The notes under the pieces were generated by a model, which worked only from the letters and a program-made list of their open reading frames with translations, ran no database searches and was not told the origin of the DNA. A DNA stretch of 64,000 bases from Marsupella aquatica (Eukaryota; Plantae; Marchantiophyta). Shown here piece by piece: positions 50,068-62,728 of this stretch. The stretch is from assembly GCA_973895155.1 (NCBI GenBank), contig OZ316897.1, positions 8,331,832 to 8,395,831 on the forward strand. The letters are read 5' to 3'. A program made the position numbers and the translations under genes. Positions within the stretch are counted from its first letter, which is position 1; each line of letters starts with the position of its first letter.

Positions 50068-53000
50068 ATGGAGGTGGGCGTTCAATGTAGAGGATGTGGG
50101 GGCGGTCTCCTCGCCAGCACTCGTATGGGGAAGGGGCTGGCAGGTGGCAATGCAACACCTACCTCACAAAATTGTTCGAAATTATTATCATTGGAATTTC
50201 GGTTCTCGAACTATGTGGGACTCCATGCTCAACGAGCAACCTCTTCTACAGCATGTGTTTCAAGGCGTTTAGAGCTTGAGAAGTTCCGGTCAAGGCCTCG
50301 AAGACTACACTCAGGTGCTATATCCTTTGATTCTTATCGTAGGGGAGGGCCTGGGTTAGCTTATCCTCTTACTTAGCTTGCTTTTTTGCTTCAGCAGAAC
50401 CCGTACTCAACTTTACAAAATTGTGAAGCATGCGCTGGATTTTGCCTTTTCTGAGGTTTTCCTATCCAATTTCTGGTATGAAGTAGGGAGTTCTTTTAGC
50501 AAGCTAGCACCTTGTTTCAATAATATCGCGCTGACAGAGCAGTAGTTCGTACTGGTATGCACGGATACAGTGGAATCAATAACGCTTTTGTTCTCCACGT
50601 CACAGGACGGAGATCGCTTAACTGGAGAGCTGAAGGAGGCATAAATATTCCCATTCCCAACCCGACTGAATTCTGGGAGGGAGTGAAGAATCCTCTTCAA
50701 AGAATTCAGGATCGGGGCCTTTTTGTATCAAAGCCACAAGAAGCGTTGACGCCTGAAGCAGACGCAGAAACCACGGCTTATTTTTCAGAAGACCGAACAG
50801 TCAATCCACAATTTCTGGATGGAGAGCTGTCGGTCGCAGCTATTGATTGTATCGAACAATTCAGCAGGTGAGTGTGAAGTTCATAGAGATGTGAAACCCG
50901 AAAATGTGAGAAGGGTCGATCTCAAAATAGTAAAATCGAATTTAATGATGTAGGAAGTATTCGCTCAAGTTTCGGAGATAATATTCAAAATCTGTGAAGT
51001 TAGCCCCCAAAGCCTTTTTGACAGGTACCTCAATCACACACAATCTGATTGCACATGTCTACCTTATCGTAGTCAAATCCAAATATATGAATACCGGGCA
51101 ATTCCTAACCAGAAAACGCTTGTCCTCTTTAATCCGTCCGATGTATCTGTATAAGTGATTTAAGTATCTGTAACACGTGTCATGGCTGTCCCTCCTTTCT
51201 CTTTAGTCGAGCGAAACTGTGGCTTTCGAACAGATTTTCAAAATTGTTTTGGAACGTCAGTTTGTCAATTTTTGTCAGTTATAGGTGCAGATTTTGCATG
51301 GCGTGGATATAGATTCTTAACACGTCGTGATCTGCGACAGGTTGAATGGCCTCACTGGCAAAAGAATGCGGTTCAACTTTGAGTCCTCTTCGTCTCCTAG
51401 TGTTCAGAACGACCCACGAAATCTTGTGGAGTTTACCTGTTTCCGCTATTTAGCCCGATCGAATGCTGATCTGCATCCTTCCCTGAAGGTTTGTAGTTTT
51501 TTCTGCATTGTCTGTCTTTCACACAAATTGCAGCTGTTTCAATTATGCATAGCGCTCTTTTTTAATTACTTTTCCCTCCCAATCGTGGAGCCAACAGTGT
51601 CAACTCTGAAGGTAATTTCTTTCTTGAATTTAGTTCGTTGTGAAAACTACCCCACCAATAGCTCAAAATGAAACTGACTAGTTTGACAAGGTCGTTTCCT
51701 ATTCAGGATGCAGCATTTCGGCGGCTCACTTTCAGTGCCATGCTAGCTTGGCAACGTCCGTACAAGGATGACATATCACAAGTTGGAGATACAGCTAGCT
51801 CTCGTCTCCCGGTAAGCTGAGTTGACATGCTGTAATATTGTCAGCTAACTTTGCATGCATACTGATTTCGATCGCCTTCCTCCGAGTTTAGTGTCAAGAA
51901 AATTGGTCAACATACTGACATAGCTTCCACAGCGTTAGTGTCAAACAGACCCTTTCTTCATGGAAGGTTTTAACCTTGGATCTCATTCTCTGGAGTGCGT
52001 TTGCAGAGAATAGGTCTGGTCGGTGAGGATGCTTTTGTTCGTATTGCTCCAGCTATTGCTGGAGCAGCGGATCGACCAACAGCTCATGGTCTCTACGAAG
52101 CACTCGTTGGAGAGAACGAGGGTCTTTCATTTGACATGTGGGATCGTTACTGTTCAGTATTGTGCAAGTAAGTGCTCTTGTTCTTTACTAGACGAGGAGT
52201 GGAACTTGATGCCTGAATCGAATTCCGATGGCTTTCAGTGTAGCTTTCTCTAGATAGGATGACTACTTGGGTTTAGTTTTCTAAGCAGAGAAGGAGAAGT
52301 ATGTCAAGCATGACCATCCTTGGTGTTCAATACGGGTCATTGTTAGTTAGGATTCAGGCCATGCCTAGCTATAGTGGACTTCCTCTATGAAGTCCTTGTC
52401 GAAAGGAAGGGACGAGCAACGTGGATTCTTTTTCTAACATAGGACGGGTGGTTCCAGAGTTCAGAAGTGGCTTGATGAACAACTGCAACAAGAAGGCGCT
52501 ACGCTTGGCCTTGAGGAAGGGGAACGCATCCTTTTTGTTGCATCTGACACCAGACAGCCTGTCCAGAAGTGGACTAAGAATACTGCGTGGCCAGGCAGGC
52601 TGACTCTTACTGACCGTGCACTTTATTTTGAGGCAAGTTTGGATCACCATCAGATCCCTGTAAAACAAACGAATGAATTGCCCATAATGATTGGACGAGG
52701 ATTTCCTTAGATAGCTTCAATTTGTCAGATATAGGTGATGGTATGTCAATCTTGTCATGATTGGTACAGTTTTACTGGGCTTATGTGTTACATGCCACGA
52801 TTCTTAGATAATTACCTCAGAAAAACAATCCATACTTGATCACAAATGCGTTCGAGTTGAACTATGAAGATGTCTGTGTAGGCGTCTCTAATACGCTTGT
52901 CGATTGCAATCTATCTGGTCTATAGATTTTGCAGGAAAGCGCTCAGAGGTTGTCTGTATGTAGTGAACTATTCATTTCAAATTATACTATCTTATATTAA

Positions 53001-55830
53001 TGTAAATTGTATTGTATAGTGAAACGTTGCAATAGCCTGATTGTATTGAATTCCAATCTGAGTTAGCATGCGAAAATCACCTTTTAGTGCAATTGAAATT
53101 TTCCTTGGAAAGTGCAATTGAAATTTTAAACCTCTTGTTGCGCTATGTTGAGTCAGATTTTCCGATTCATAATGAAATCCTTCTCTGGTTTTCTTATTAC
53201 AGGCAAATGGTTTGACAGGCCATCAGAAGGCAACGAGGCTAGATTTAACGGGTCTTGAAGCTAATGTGGAAAAGAAGAGGGTTGGCCCCTTTGGTGTGGA
53301 GATATTTGAGTCTGCCATCTCTGTGTCTTCTAGCCCAGAGTATGTCCTTTTCAAGCCCATTTCATCGCAATAAAATTCTGGCATTCAGAAAACTTTTGCG
53401 GACATCGTGGATAGTTTTAGAAAGTGGAAGTAAAGCAACATCTTTGGTGGTTGTTTACTGACCCGAACACCGGAGATTGCTTCTATGTCCCAAGTGGCCA
53501 ATTCTTTTTCAATAGTTGTTGAATTAAGAATCTACCGTTTAGAAGTGGTCCGTAAAAAAGTGATGGAAAATGACACACTGTCTGGAACCTGTCGTGGTAA
53601 TTGTTGACAGATCTGAACCTTGGACACTTGAGTTTGTAGATTTCAGTGGCGAGGGAAGGCGAATCATTTGGCTCGAGTCGATCAAGGAAATAATTGCTGT
53701 GTATAAATTTATTGCTGAATATGGTGTTGAACCAGATGATCCTGTAGTGAGTTATGTCTATGGAGCCAAGAATGGGCGAAAGAAGGCGCTACGCACTGCG
53801 ATGGTGGGCTTAGCAAGATTACAAGCGATTAATGAAGTAGTCGGAGCTTTGCCATCACATCCAGAAAGGTTGCTACAGTTTTCTTACTGCTCAAATGCAC
53901 CAAGTGGTGACCTTGTCCTTCAAGCTCTAGCAGTGGCTTTCTGGGGTGGGCGCGTGGAGGTCCAATCTAGAGATATAGAGTTTCTTGCCTTGGGCGGTGG
54001 TGACCTTGCTTCAGAGGAGACTGGGAGTTTGGGGTCGAACATCTTGGGAACAGATGGAACCGTGTATCTCCGGAATTGGGCGAAGTCACCGTCATGGACT
54101 ACGGGGAAGTCCAGCGCGTTTTGGAAGGCAAAGCCAGGTTACAAAGGGGTTGTTCTTGGAAAAAATCACGTTGTTGGAGGACTGACACAAGTTGAAAGAG
54201 CCGTACGAGCTTGTCGAGATCAGACCAAAGTAGCTGAAAGAACCCAAGCAACAATCGATGGAGCTTTAGTCAAGGGTATTCCCAATAATCTGGACCTAAT
54301 ACAGGTAATGTTTGATTTCAAGCTGAGAGCTTAACATTCACCGAGGCATTTGTGTACAAAGGAGCAGTTAACAAAATTCTTTTCTATTCTGTCCTGACTG
54401 AGATCCAAACTCCATGTTGTTTATGTTTACTCTCCATCATATCGTTCGTCGAAGCAAAGCTTTCGCAATCAATGGTCAGGGAAAGAGACTGATCCTCAGG
54501 ATGCATGTTTGGGATAAAAATGAACCATATTTCTTTCATAGAAACCGCTTTTCTGAACATAATTTGAGATTCTAGTGCTCCTTCGGTAATTAGTTTCCTC
54601 GCAAAAATGCGTTGATCATTCGACCAGCAACATGGTATTCTTTTTGTGTGGTCGCGAAGTCGTTTAAAGTAATGGATACGTGTCAGAGTGTCTTCATTCA
54701 ATCCATTGCACCTGATCTGTCTTGACACATCTTATAACTAGCCTTTGTCGGTGGTGTGCAGGAACTTTTGCTGCCGCTCTCTATTGCAGCAGTGCATTTG
54801 GACAAGCTCAGGAAATGGGAAAATCCGGGTGCATCAGTGACATTTCTTTTTTTTGTATATGGCGTCATTTACATGTATACTCCCATTTCATGGCCCTGTC
54901 TGACTGTTCATTTTTTTTTTTACCGTAACAGGATGTAGCCATCGCATTGGGAGTCGACAATGTAGTCAAGCAAGTTCAATACCTCGGAAGTTTTAGGTGA
55001 AATTCAGAACGACTCTTTCTTCCAGAAAATGCCATTGCTTGTTTATGACTAATAAGTTTTTCTGGAAATTTCTCCAGGAAGTGGCTGAAGTACGTGTTCC
55101 CCTCACTTCTTCTATCTGGGGCTTCTGGTATTTTAACTTTAAGGGTCCTAAGAACTCGAGGGTACCTTCCAAGTGATTTTGGGAAAGTCACAATTCAAGA
55201 GCAACCGCCAACAAATACTATCCAAAAACTAATGGCGTTGAAGGAGGCGTTAAGTGGACTGGAGGACTTTCTTCAGTCGAGTAATATTGTCCTCCTAAAG
55301 ATTCGTACAGTAGTTCTCTCCAGGGAACCTCGGGTACGTATCTCTTGCTTCCCAAGCAGAGTTCGTTGTCCCAGAGTTTTTGATCTTCTGTTGGATGCTT
55401 GTTATGTGGACGTAGTTGATGACATGGATTACAGATTATTGATGAGTGTAAGTCCTTCGCAATAATCTAATGTCGATTTGGGTGTGAGCAGGTAACGAAC
55501 GTGGTTCTGATGGCCCTTGCTGCGCTTGGAGTAACCATGCTGGTGATCCCCTTCCGTTATCTTTTGGCCGCAATTATTCTCGACCAGTTCACTGCTGAAC
55601 TAAAGTTCAGAGAAAAATCTGTGCGGGAGTTTTTCACATACCTGGGAGATTGGTGGAATACGATCCCTGCAGCTCCCGTGGTGGTGCTTCCACCTGAAAA
55701 GCAAGAGGAAGCGCAACTTAAGCAAGATGGAAACGCACCCACGAAAGGTGAAGCTCTAATGCAGGCAATGACAGAGTGGTTAGGGGACGACGATACTGAT
55801 CTAGCTCAGATTACAGGAGAAGAAAATTGA
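50068..55830 (+). CDS. Plant DUF639 domain-containing membrane protein (~900 aa, 11 exons; N-terminus uncertain, possibly a plastid transit peptide)
   Basis: Exons: 50068-50314 (tentative), 50543-50867, 51341-51488, 51707-51811, 52007-52167, 52443(or 52458)-52632, 53203-53339, 53611-54304, 54762-54874, 55078-55333, 55492-55830. The frame is continuous (2715 nt). DUF639 motifs: LSVAAIDCIEQFSR, RNLVEFTCFRYL, FRRLTFSAMLAWQRP, VGEDAFVRIAP, AWPGRLTLTDRALYFE, TQATIDGALVKGIPNNLDLIQELLLP, WWNTIPAAPVVV. Confidence 0.9.
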
Positions 55831-56354
55831 ATGTCACCAAAGAAACATTTAGCCCAGGTTCTGTCAGGCCACTGTCGTTCGGAAGAAGTGTACATCATTT
55901 CATGTAATTATAATTTTAAGCCTTGATGTAGAGGTAGTAGGTCGAGAAGAGTCATGAGGATAATAGTGGCTATCAAAAGTAGAGGGCGACAATTCATTCT
56001 AAAGAGGATCCAAACTCGGGAAGGTGCATTGCGAAATGTATGCACCAGATACGAACCGTCCTCTTTTTGCACACCGGGTTATAAACATCTCAGATCCGCA
56101 GAAATTTATTCTGCAAAAAGGACACTTTACGTGACTAAGAATTCAATCAGCACGTCTGTGGGCCATAGCTTTATCAGTGCTCCTGTCAAAGTGTTTTTGT
56201 CACTAGCCTCTACAGAGACTTATATGATCAATCTTTTATGGCATTATGACAAAAGGTATGGATCATGAATTTGACAGCCCATATATGTTTCTGTCCTCAA
56301 CCTCCAAGTTTGTGACCCCCTAATGATGATGATGAGCCCAGCCGTCTCATGCAG

Positions 56355-56645
56355 TCAGTAGACTTCCAGAAGAAAGATAAACAATCAGACTTCCTAAAGA
56401 AAGATAAACAATCAGCGAAAGTATGGAATAAACAAGTGGAGTTCTGGAAGAAACATAAACAAATCAGTGTGCTGTTCTGGAGTAAATATAAACAATTGGG
56501 TGGACTTCTGGAATATAAACAAATGGAGTTCTAGATGAAACATGAACAAATCAGTGTTGAGTTCTGGAGGAAAACAGAAATATAAACAAATCAGTACATT
56601 TCTGAAATATAAATAAAGGGAGTTCTAGAAGAAACATAAACAGAC
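56355..56645. repeat. Degenerate minisatellite (~27-35-bp units)
   Basis: Recurrent GAGTTCTGGAAGAAACATAAACAAATCAGT-like units. Confidence 0.8.
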
Positions 56646-58719
56646 CTGAACTCATGTCTACAGGAGAGGTGTAATCTGTGCCGCATGTAGTGCCAGGCAG
56701 CTGGGCCACCTGGCCAATTTGATGAGCAAGGATATCTAAGTGTAAACATTATAATATGCTGTCACCCTCTTTCTTTTTCATGGTTTGTTTATCATTTGGA
56801 CAGGAATACTCTTTGGTCATTAGATTATGGTGACATTTTTTCTAATTATGAGAGTCTCAAAGGTGCCAATGTGCATCTTTTCCACATTAAAACCATCATT
56901 CTCTCTGAGATTCAAACACCCATTGAAATCCAGTTGCCAGACCCTCTTACTCCTCGCATCTCCGGCTACTTTGCCATCTCACTATGCTTGACAACACTTC
57001 TGCTCAATGTCGCTTAGCATTGACAATATTCAATTCTCCTTGAGATTCAAACACTTGTTAAAAATCCAGTTGCCAGACTGACTCTCCTACTCCTTGCATC
57101 TCTGACATGTGTCAGGTTTGGAAGTAATCAATGCAATTCCCTGAAAATAAGTGGCCCTTTGCTCCAAGTTTTTAGACCACCTCAAGAGGAGGTCTAAGTT
57201 TTTGACAAAAAAACTTGCACACATCAGCAAAAAAAAGGGACCCACATGGGGGCCACTGACAGATGACTAGGTTAGGTAATTATTTTGCTTGATTGTGCCC
57301 CCAAGTTCATGTAAAGTGAAGTGTGGCCAATTCACACATGTGAAAGGCTAGGATTGGATCTTTCACTTAGAAAACAAGGAATGCTGCCCCCAAGTTCTTG
57401 TAAAACCACCCTTAGCATTGACAATATTCTCCAACGTATAAGCTAGTGAGCTATGAAGACAAAAAGAGAGAAGCAAGTCCTCTCCACCTGTGAGCCCTCG
57501 TTGGTAGGGTCAGGAAAGGATTGGAAAAGCTGACATGGAACAGATGGCACCACTATAAAACAATTTAAGGGAGAGGCAGAATGGATAGGCTCCACGTGTT
57601 GATGTATTTGGAAGGGAGCATGTCATTGAAGGTTTTTCCCGGTTCTACATGGGGACAAGAATTTGGGATATCCATCGAAGCTTCCACGTGTGTGGAGTGG
57701 GGGAGTCCCCTTGGCATGAATTCACTTGATCATCCAGTGCAAAAAGGCCAAATAAGCCCTATTTGGTCAAGGCTTATTTGCTCAATTGAAAATATCTTAA
57801 CTTGTTTTTTGAAAGTAAATAGAAAATCGAAAGAAAGAAACAAATATTAAAGGGATCTGGTAAAATAGATAACTATTTTCTATCAATGGGTTATCTTGGG
57901 CTATTTTCCACTAGCCCAGGTTCACACTAGAAGTAAGTACAAAAAAGTGCATCTCCCATGCATTCCCCAGATTTTCAGCTCCATCTCTCCCATTCAGCTA
58001 CTTGCATTTATGGTTAGTTCATATAGTTTCATTCCATTTTAAATGGCTTGCATTCAATTTTTAGTCACTTGTATTTATATTTAATTCATAGGCTTGCATT
58101 CGATTTTTAGTCACTCTGCATACTCATCCCGTTGCCTCCTTGCCATTTCAAACGATAGGTCTTGATTGCAATCTACTACCGTAGAAATATAACATTTTTC
58201 CACACCCAAATTATGCAATTTATTGTCAATTTATGAGGAGGGAGATTCCGCACCGACCGAGTACCAACATCTACCTTGCCGAGTTCGCCCTCGCTCCAGG
58301 TGCAGTAGAGGCCCAAAAAGACGACTGCGGACCGCCAAAATAGATTAATTTATTAATGGAGCCCCCAAAGCCCTCGAACTCCCACCAATCCGCGCGTTCC
58401 GCTGACGCGTGCCTTGAAGCGTAAGCGGCTCCGCCCCTCGACGTGGAGTTTCGAACCCGCGACGTGGCGCTTGGCATCGTGACTGGGAGCAGGCGTCCGT
58501 CGTGCCACAGTGGAAACGAAACGCCTGCCGGAATGCATGTGGGGAACCCGCCGCCGCAAGTTCCCGGTGTCCCGGTTCCTCCACCGGCGACACTTTTACC
58601 TGGACGCCCTCAGCGCTGTACCGTGGTCTGCGCTTGGAGAACGCTCGCCGGGATATGCGTATCCAGGGAACGTAATTATTCTGCGTATGCCGGTGGCGAA
58701 ATGATTGCATCGTACGAAG

Positions 58720-59490
58720 CGGCGTTTTTTTTTAAGTAGCGAAAAATTCGCGACAAATTTCGTTTTTCTTTCTTCCACTAGCCATCTCCCCACCTAACAA
58801 AGACCCCATATTAGCCAGAATATAACGGACCGATGAACCATAAATGTGGCGAGAGATCTAGAGAGATCTCACGATTAGACATTACCTGAGTAAAATAGGA
58901 TAGAGAATATTCTTAGCGTTTGTTCACAGAACGTGAACATTGGTCACACGAAGCTTTTTGCCATAATTTGCTAGGTTTTTTTGCTTCCGTTAGCCATTTT
59001 TTCACCTAAGCACATACCCCATTAGCAAGAGCTTAGGGTCAGAAAGTAATCAAGTAAAATAAATTGGACAATGATTGTTCAGAGAATCTTCTTCTTGTCA
59101 CAAGGTGGCCATGGCAGAAAGAAAACACCTTACAAATTTAGCTGGTAATGGTACTCATTTTCAAGAGCACCTTAGTTGGGAGTCAAATTCATAAAAGTGC
59201 ACTTTAGGGGTGAAAGAATCACCATTAAAGTTTGTGAAATCTATCATTGGTGATCATAGAGTACGTTTTGGTCACACTAATTATTTTGTGCGGAGAAGAT
59301 TACTTTTTAAGGCTTTTTCTTTTGGGTAGTGTGACAATGTCAGCTAGTGTGAAGGAGAAAATGCTATGAATCGTTTTAGGTAAGTGTTCTACAATAATTT
59401 CTGACTGGCAGGTCTGAGTAGATTAGAGGATGAGGACCTTAGATTCCTAGCCACACCCCCATTAGCCAGAATCTAAGTCATTCTTATTGG
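58720..59490. mobile_element. Reverse-orientation copy or copies of the dispersed family at 6449/28479
   Basis: CGGCGTTTTTTTTTAAGTAGCGAAAAATTCGCGACAAATT is similar to the reverse complement of the family terminus. CCCCATATTAGCCAGAAT (~58804) and CCCCATTAGCCAGAATCTAAGTCATTCTT (~59457) match the reverse of TAGATTCTGGTTAATGGG. Confidence 0.5.
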
Positions 59491-60494
59491 GGTCTGTGAC
59501 TGCGTTCGAACTGGATAATAGACAACAGGAAACCTAGCTAATTTTAGCCAAGTGGCAAAGATTTTTTAGAGAAATACGTGGCATGTAGCAAATTTGGCCA
59601 CCAAAGTCCGCTAGATTCCAAGGGTACCGTAATTAATTAAACCGCATCTACTGCTATTAAAAGAGTACCCGTGACCTGCCCACATTTGCTTATGTAGATG
59701 AATAGCAGGCCTACCCTGCAGGCAGGCAGGTTGTCAGACTCACTTCTGGTCCTAGGACCCTCGTACTTTAAAAACGCTTTTTGGTGATTTATTAAATTTA
59801 TTATTGAACTTCCAGTATATTTTATGCTATATTTTCTGAAACAAGATCTACATATGAGTCATAGATCGCCCCCTATGATTAACTAATGAGATGTCACTAT
59901 ACTTGAAATTTCTTTAGAATATGATAGGCTCCTTCAAGTACTGTAGGTGATTGTCCTCTACGTGACACAAGCTCTGTGGGTACCCTCAGCACTTTACAAG
60001 GAATTTGTTCTATTGTTCTGAGGCATAATAGCCAACAGTTATATAGATTATAAAATATCCTTCCTAATCCTAGTGAATTTAAATGTTACAATTATGCTAC
60101 AACCTCTAGCAACAGCCATTGAGAGTAATAAACTATAATGCCATTGCTAATGCAACTGTAGTGTCTCACAGTAAAATACATACAATATAGATTATGATAT
60201 GCTGCAAGTCAAAATAGAGCCACCAACTCTGAGAAACACGGGACACCTTTGCCTAGCCACTCCATTGGAGAGGTATTTTTGTAAATTACCAAAATTGCTA
60301 TCTCTACGGTTAATTTGAACATTGTTCCATTTTGGGGCGGCAGTAAACAGAGGGAAACCAGGAATGGCACTTGGCAATTGGGGCTCTCTGCACAATTACG
60401 AGGTGAATACAAAGATGTATTTTGAAGCTTAACAATGCTGCACTCTCACTACACTAGTCAACACAACAAATAGTATAATAGTTTGTGTGATCTT

Positions 60495-61430
60495 AGGGAA
60501 GTGGAATCTAGCCACATTTTCTAGCCAATTTTTTTGGCCAAATGTGGCTTAGGCTTTTGGAGAGGTGTAGTCTTCAGAGAGGTGGAATCTAACCAAGTTC
60601 TTCCCCCAAACATGGCTAAGACTTTTTAAAGTGGTGGAATGTAGCCAATTTTCTTTGCCAAATGTTGCTAAGACTTTTAGAGGGGTGGAGTCTTCAGAGA
60701 GGCAGAATCTAACCAAATTCCCCCGCCCCCCCCCCCCCCCCCCCCAAGTGTGGCTCAGACATTCAGAGGGGTGGAGTCTTCAAAGAGGTCCAATCTAACC
60801 AAATTTTGCACCCCCAAGTGTGGCTAAGACATTTAGAGGGGTAGAATCTAGCCAATTTCTTGCCAAATGTGGCTAAGACTTTTAGAGGGGTGGAGTCTTC
60901 AGAGAGGCAGAATCTAACTAAATTTTGCCCCCCAAGTGTGTGGCTCAGACATTCAGAGGGGTGGAGTCTTCAGAGAGGTCCAATCTAACCAAATTTTGCA
61001 CCCCCAAGTGTGGTTAAGACATTTAGAGGGGTAGAATCTAGCCAATTTCTTGCCAAATGTGGCTAAGACTTTTAGAGGGGTGGAGTCTTCAGAGAGGCAA
61101 AATCTAACCAAATTTTGCCCCCCAAGTGTAGCCCAGACATTCTGAGGGGGGGGGAGTCTGCAGAGGTCCAATCTAACCAATTTTACCCCCCAAGTGTGGC
61201 TAAGACATTTAGAGAGGTAGAATCTAGCCAATTCCTTGCCAAATGTGGCTAGGACTTTTAGAGGGGTGGAGTCTTCAGAGGGGCGGAATCTAACCAAATT
61301 TTGCCCCTTCCCCCCCCCCCCAACCCCCAACTGTGGCCGAGACATTTAGAGGGGTAGAATCTTGCCAAGTTTTTTCGCCCAAATGTGGCGAAGACTTCTA
61401 GAGAGGTGGAGTCCAGCCAAATTTAGCCAG
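60495..61430. repeat. Satellite-like array with a higher-order unit of ~186-190 bp built from three related subunits
   Basis: Marker GACATTTAGAG(G/A)GGTAGAATCTAGCCAATT at 60828, 61018 and 61204. Subunits GAGGGGTGGAGTCTTCAGAGAGG..AATCTAACCAAATTTTGC..CCCAAGTGTGGCT recur, with poly-C tracts at ~60726 and ~61310. Confidence 0.92.
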
Positions 61431-61579
61431 TGCACACAACGTGATATTCGCCACCCTGGCGAAACCGAGAAAAATCCCAGACGACCTTGTCGGCGTCCAT
61501 ATCCATATACTCTAGTTGCTTCCTTCGTTGCTTCGTGCGTGTGTCAATTCGCGTGTGCAGAGAGAAAGCTACGAAAGAA

Positions 61580-61715
61580 AGCTGAAGAGAAAGCCGAAGA
61601 GAAAATCAGAGCTTTAGAAGAAGAAGAAGAAGAAGGAGGAGGAAGAGGAAGAGGAGAAGGAGAAGCGTAATCACCAAGCGCGTGACGGAACGAGGAGGAG
61701 GAGCAGCGGAGGAGC
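61580..61715 (+). repeat. GA-rich (GAA/GGA)n microsatellite at the likely 5' UTR start of the ORP gene
   Basis: AGAAGAAGAAGAAGAAGAAGGAGGAGGAAGAGGAAGAGGAGAAGGAGAAG. Confidence 0.7.
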
Positions 61716-62728
61716 GGAGCGGAGAAAATTTTGAGCACCTTTTGCGTTTGCACCGTGGAGTTTTTCGGAAAGGAAGGAAGGTTGAGTGGTTCGGCAACGA
61801 CACGCCGACAGTCCTGTTGTGTGAAAAACTCTTCTGGGACACACGTGAGCAGCAGGCAGTGAGTTCTCAGACTGGCAGCAAGCGAGGAAGAGATCGTCGA
61901 GGCGCCGACGATTCTGTTTTGTGTGGGACTCTTCTGCGACAGACGCGAGCAGCGGGCAGTGAGTTTTTAGACTGGCAGAAAGAGAGGAATCGAGGAAGCC
62001 GGCGATTCTGCGATACGGCGGGAGACCAGTGAACGAGATTTCATCCTTTGCGCTGCTGGAATTGGAGGGAAGTCGACTCGAGGAGGGAGTTTGATTGGAG
62101 TGAGATCGAGGTTTGAGTGGAGCTGGCTGCGATTGGCTCGGGCGGAAGAAGGTGCAGTGTGGAGGATAGCGGATGGGAGGAAAGTGAGGATATGGACAAG
62201 AGGTCGAGGTTCTGCTGTTAGTTGTCATCGTGTTGTTGGAGACAGTCGGTTGGGGCGGTGGTATCGATTCGATTGGAGGTTGTCGTGGTTCAGCGACACT
62301 TTCTTTGCACTGCCTTAGGCGCCTTGGCGGGGTGTCTGTCGATGCGTTGAGTGGAGTGAGGACGATCGCAATTGTTTCGATTTTGAGGCAAAGATGACGT
62401 GGCTTAGAAAACCTGCAGTGGGGCTTCTCGCGGAAATGAAAGTGTGCAGGGAAGGGGATTTGAATTATACGCAGTTTTCGTGGAGTGGTTGAGGACTCTG
62501 CTGGAGCGGTCCTTTTACTGGCGCGACCGAAGCGCCTGAGGCCCGGGCAGATGCGGGATTGAACGACAGGAAGGAACAGGAGGAGGAGGTCGAGGGGTTG
62601 GATTTGAGGGGGATGCATGTGCTGGTGAGGGTTGAATGCACGGACTATGCTGCATTTCCCCGGTCCCGCTTGAGAGGGAATCGCGACCTCTCGCGATACC
62701 CAAGCCGACATCATTAGTAGCATCTACT

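Noticed and set aside
58448-58465. GTCGCGGGTTCGAAAC on the minus strand resembling a tRNA T-arm/B-box (similar motif near 37222)
   Set aside because: The T-stem does not pair and no cloverleaf or A-box can be built.
58720-61458. Single intact hAT element spanning the repeat block
   Set aside because: The ends share only ~5 bp, and the flanking 8-mers (GTACGAAG versus GCGAAACC) are not a TSD.
61671-62723. 350-aa antisense ORF overlapping the ORP leader
   Set aside because: Low-complexity Pro/Ser/Arg sequence arising from the purine-skewed UTR; no domain recognised.
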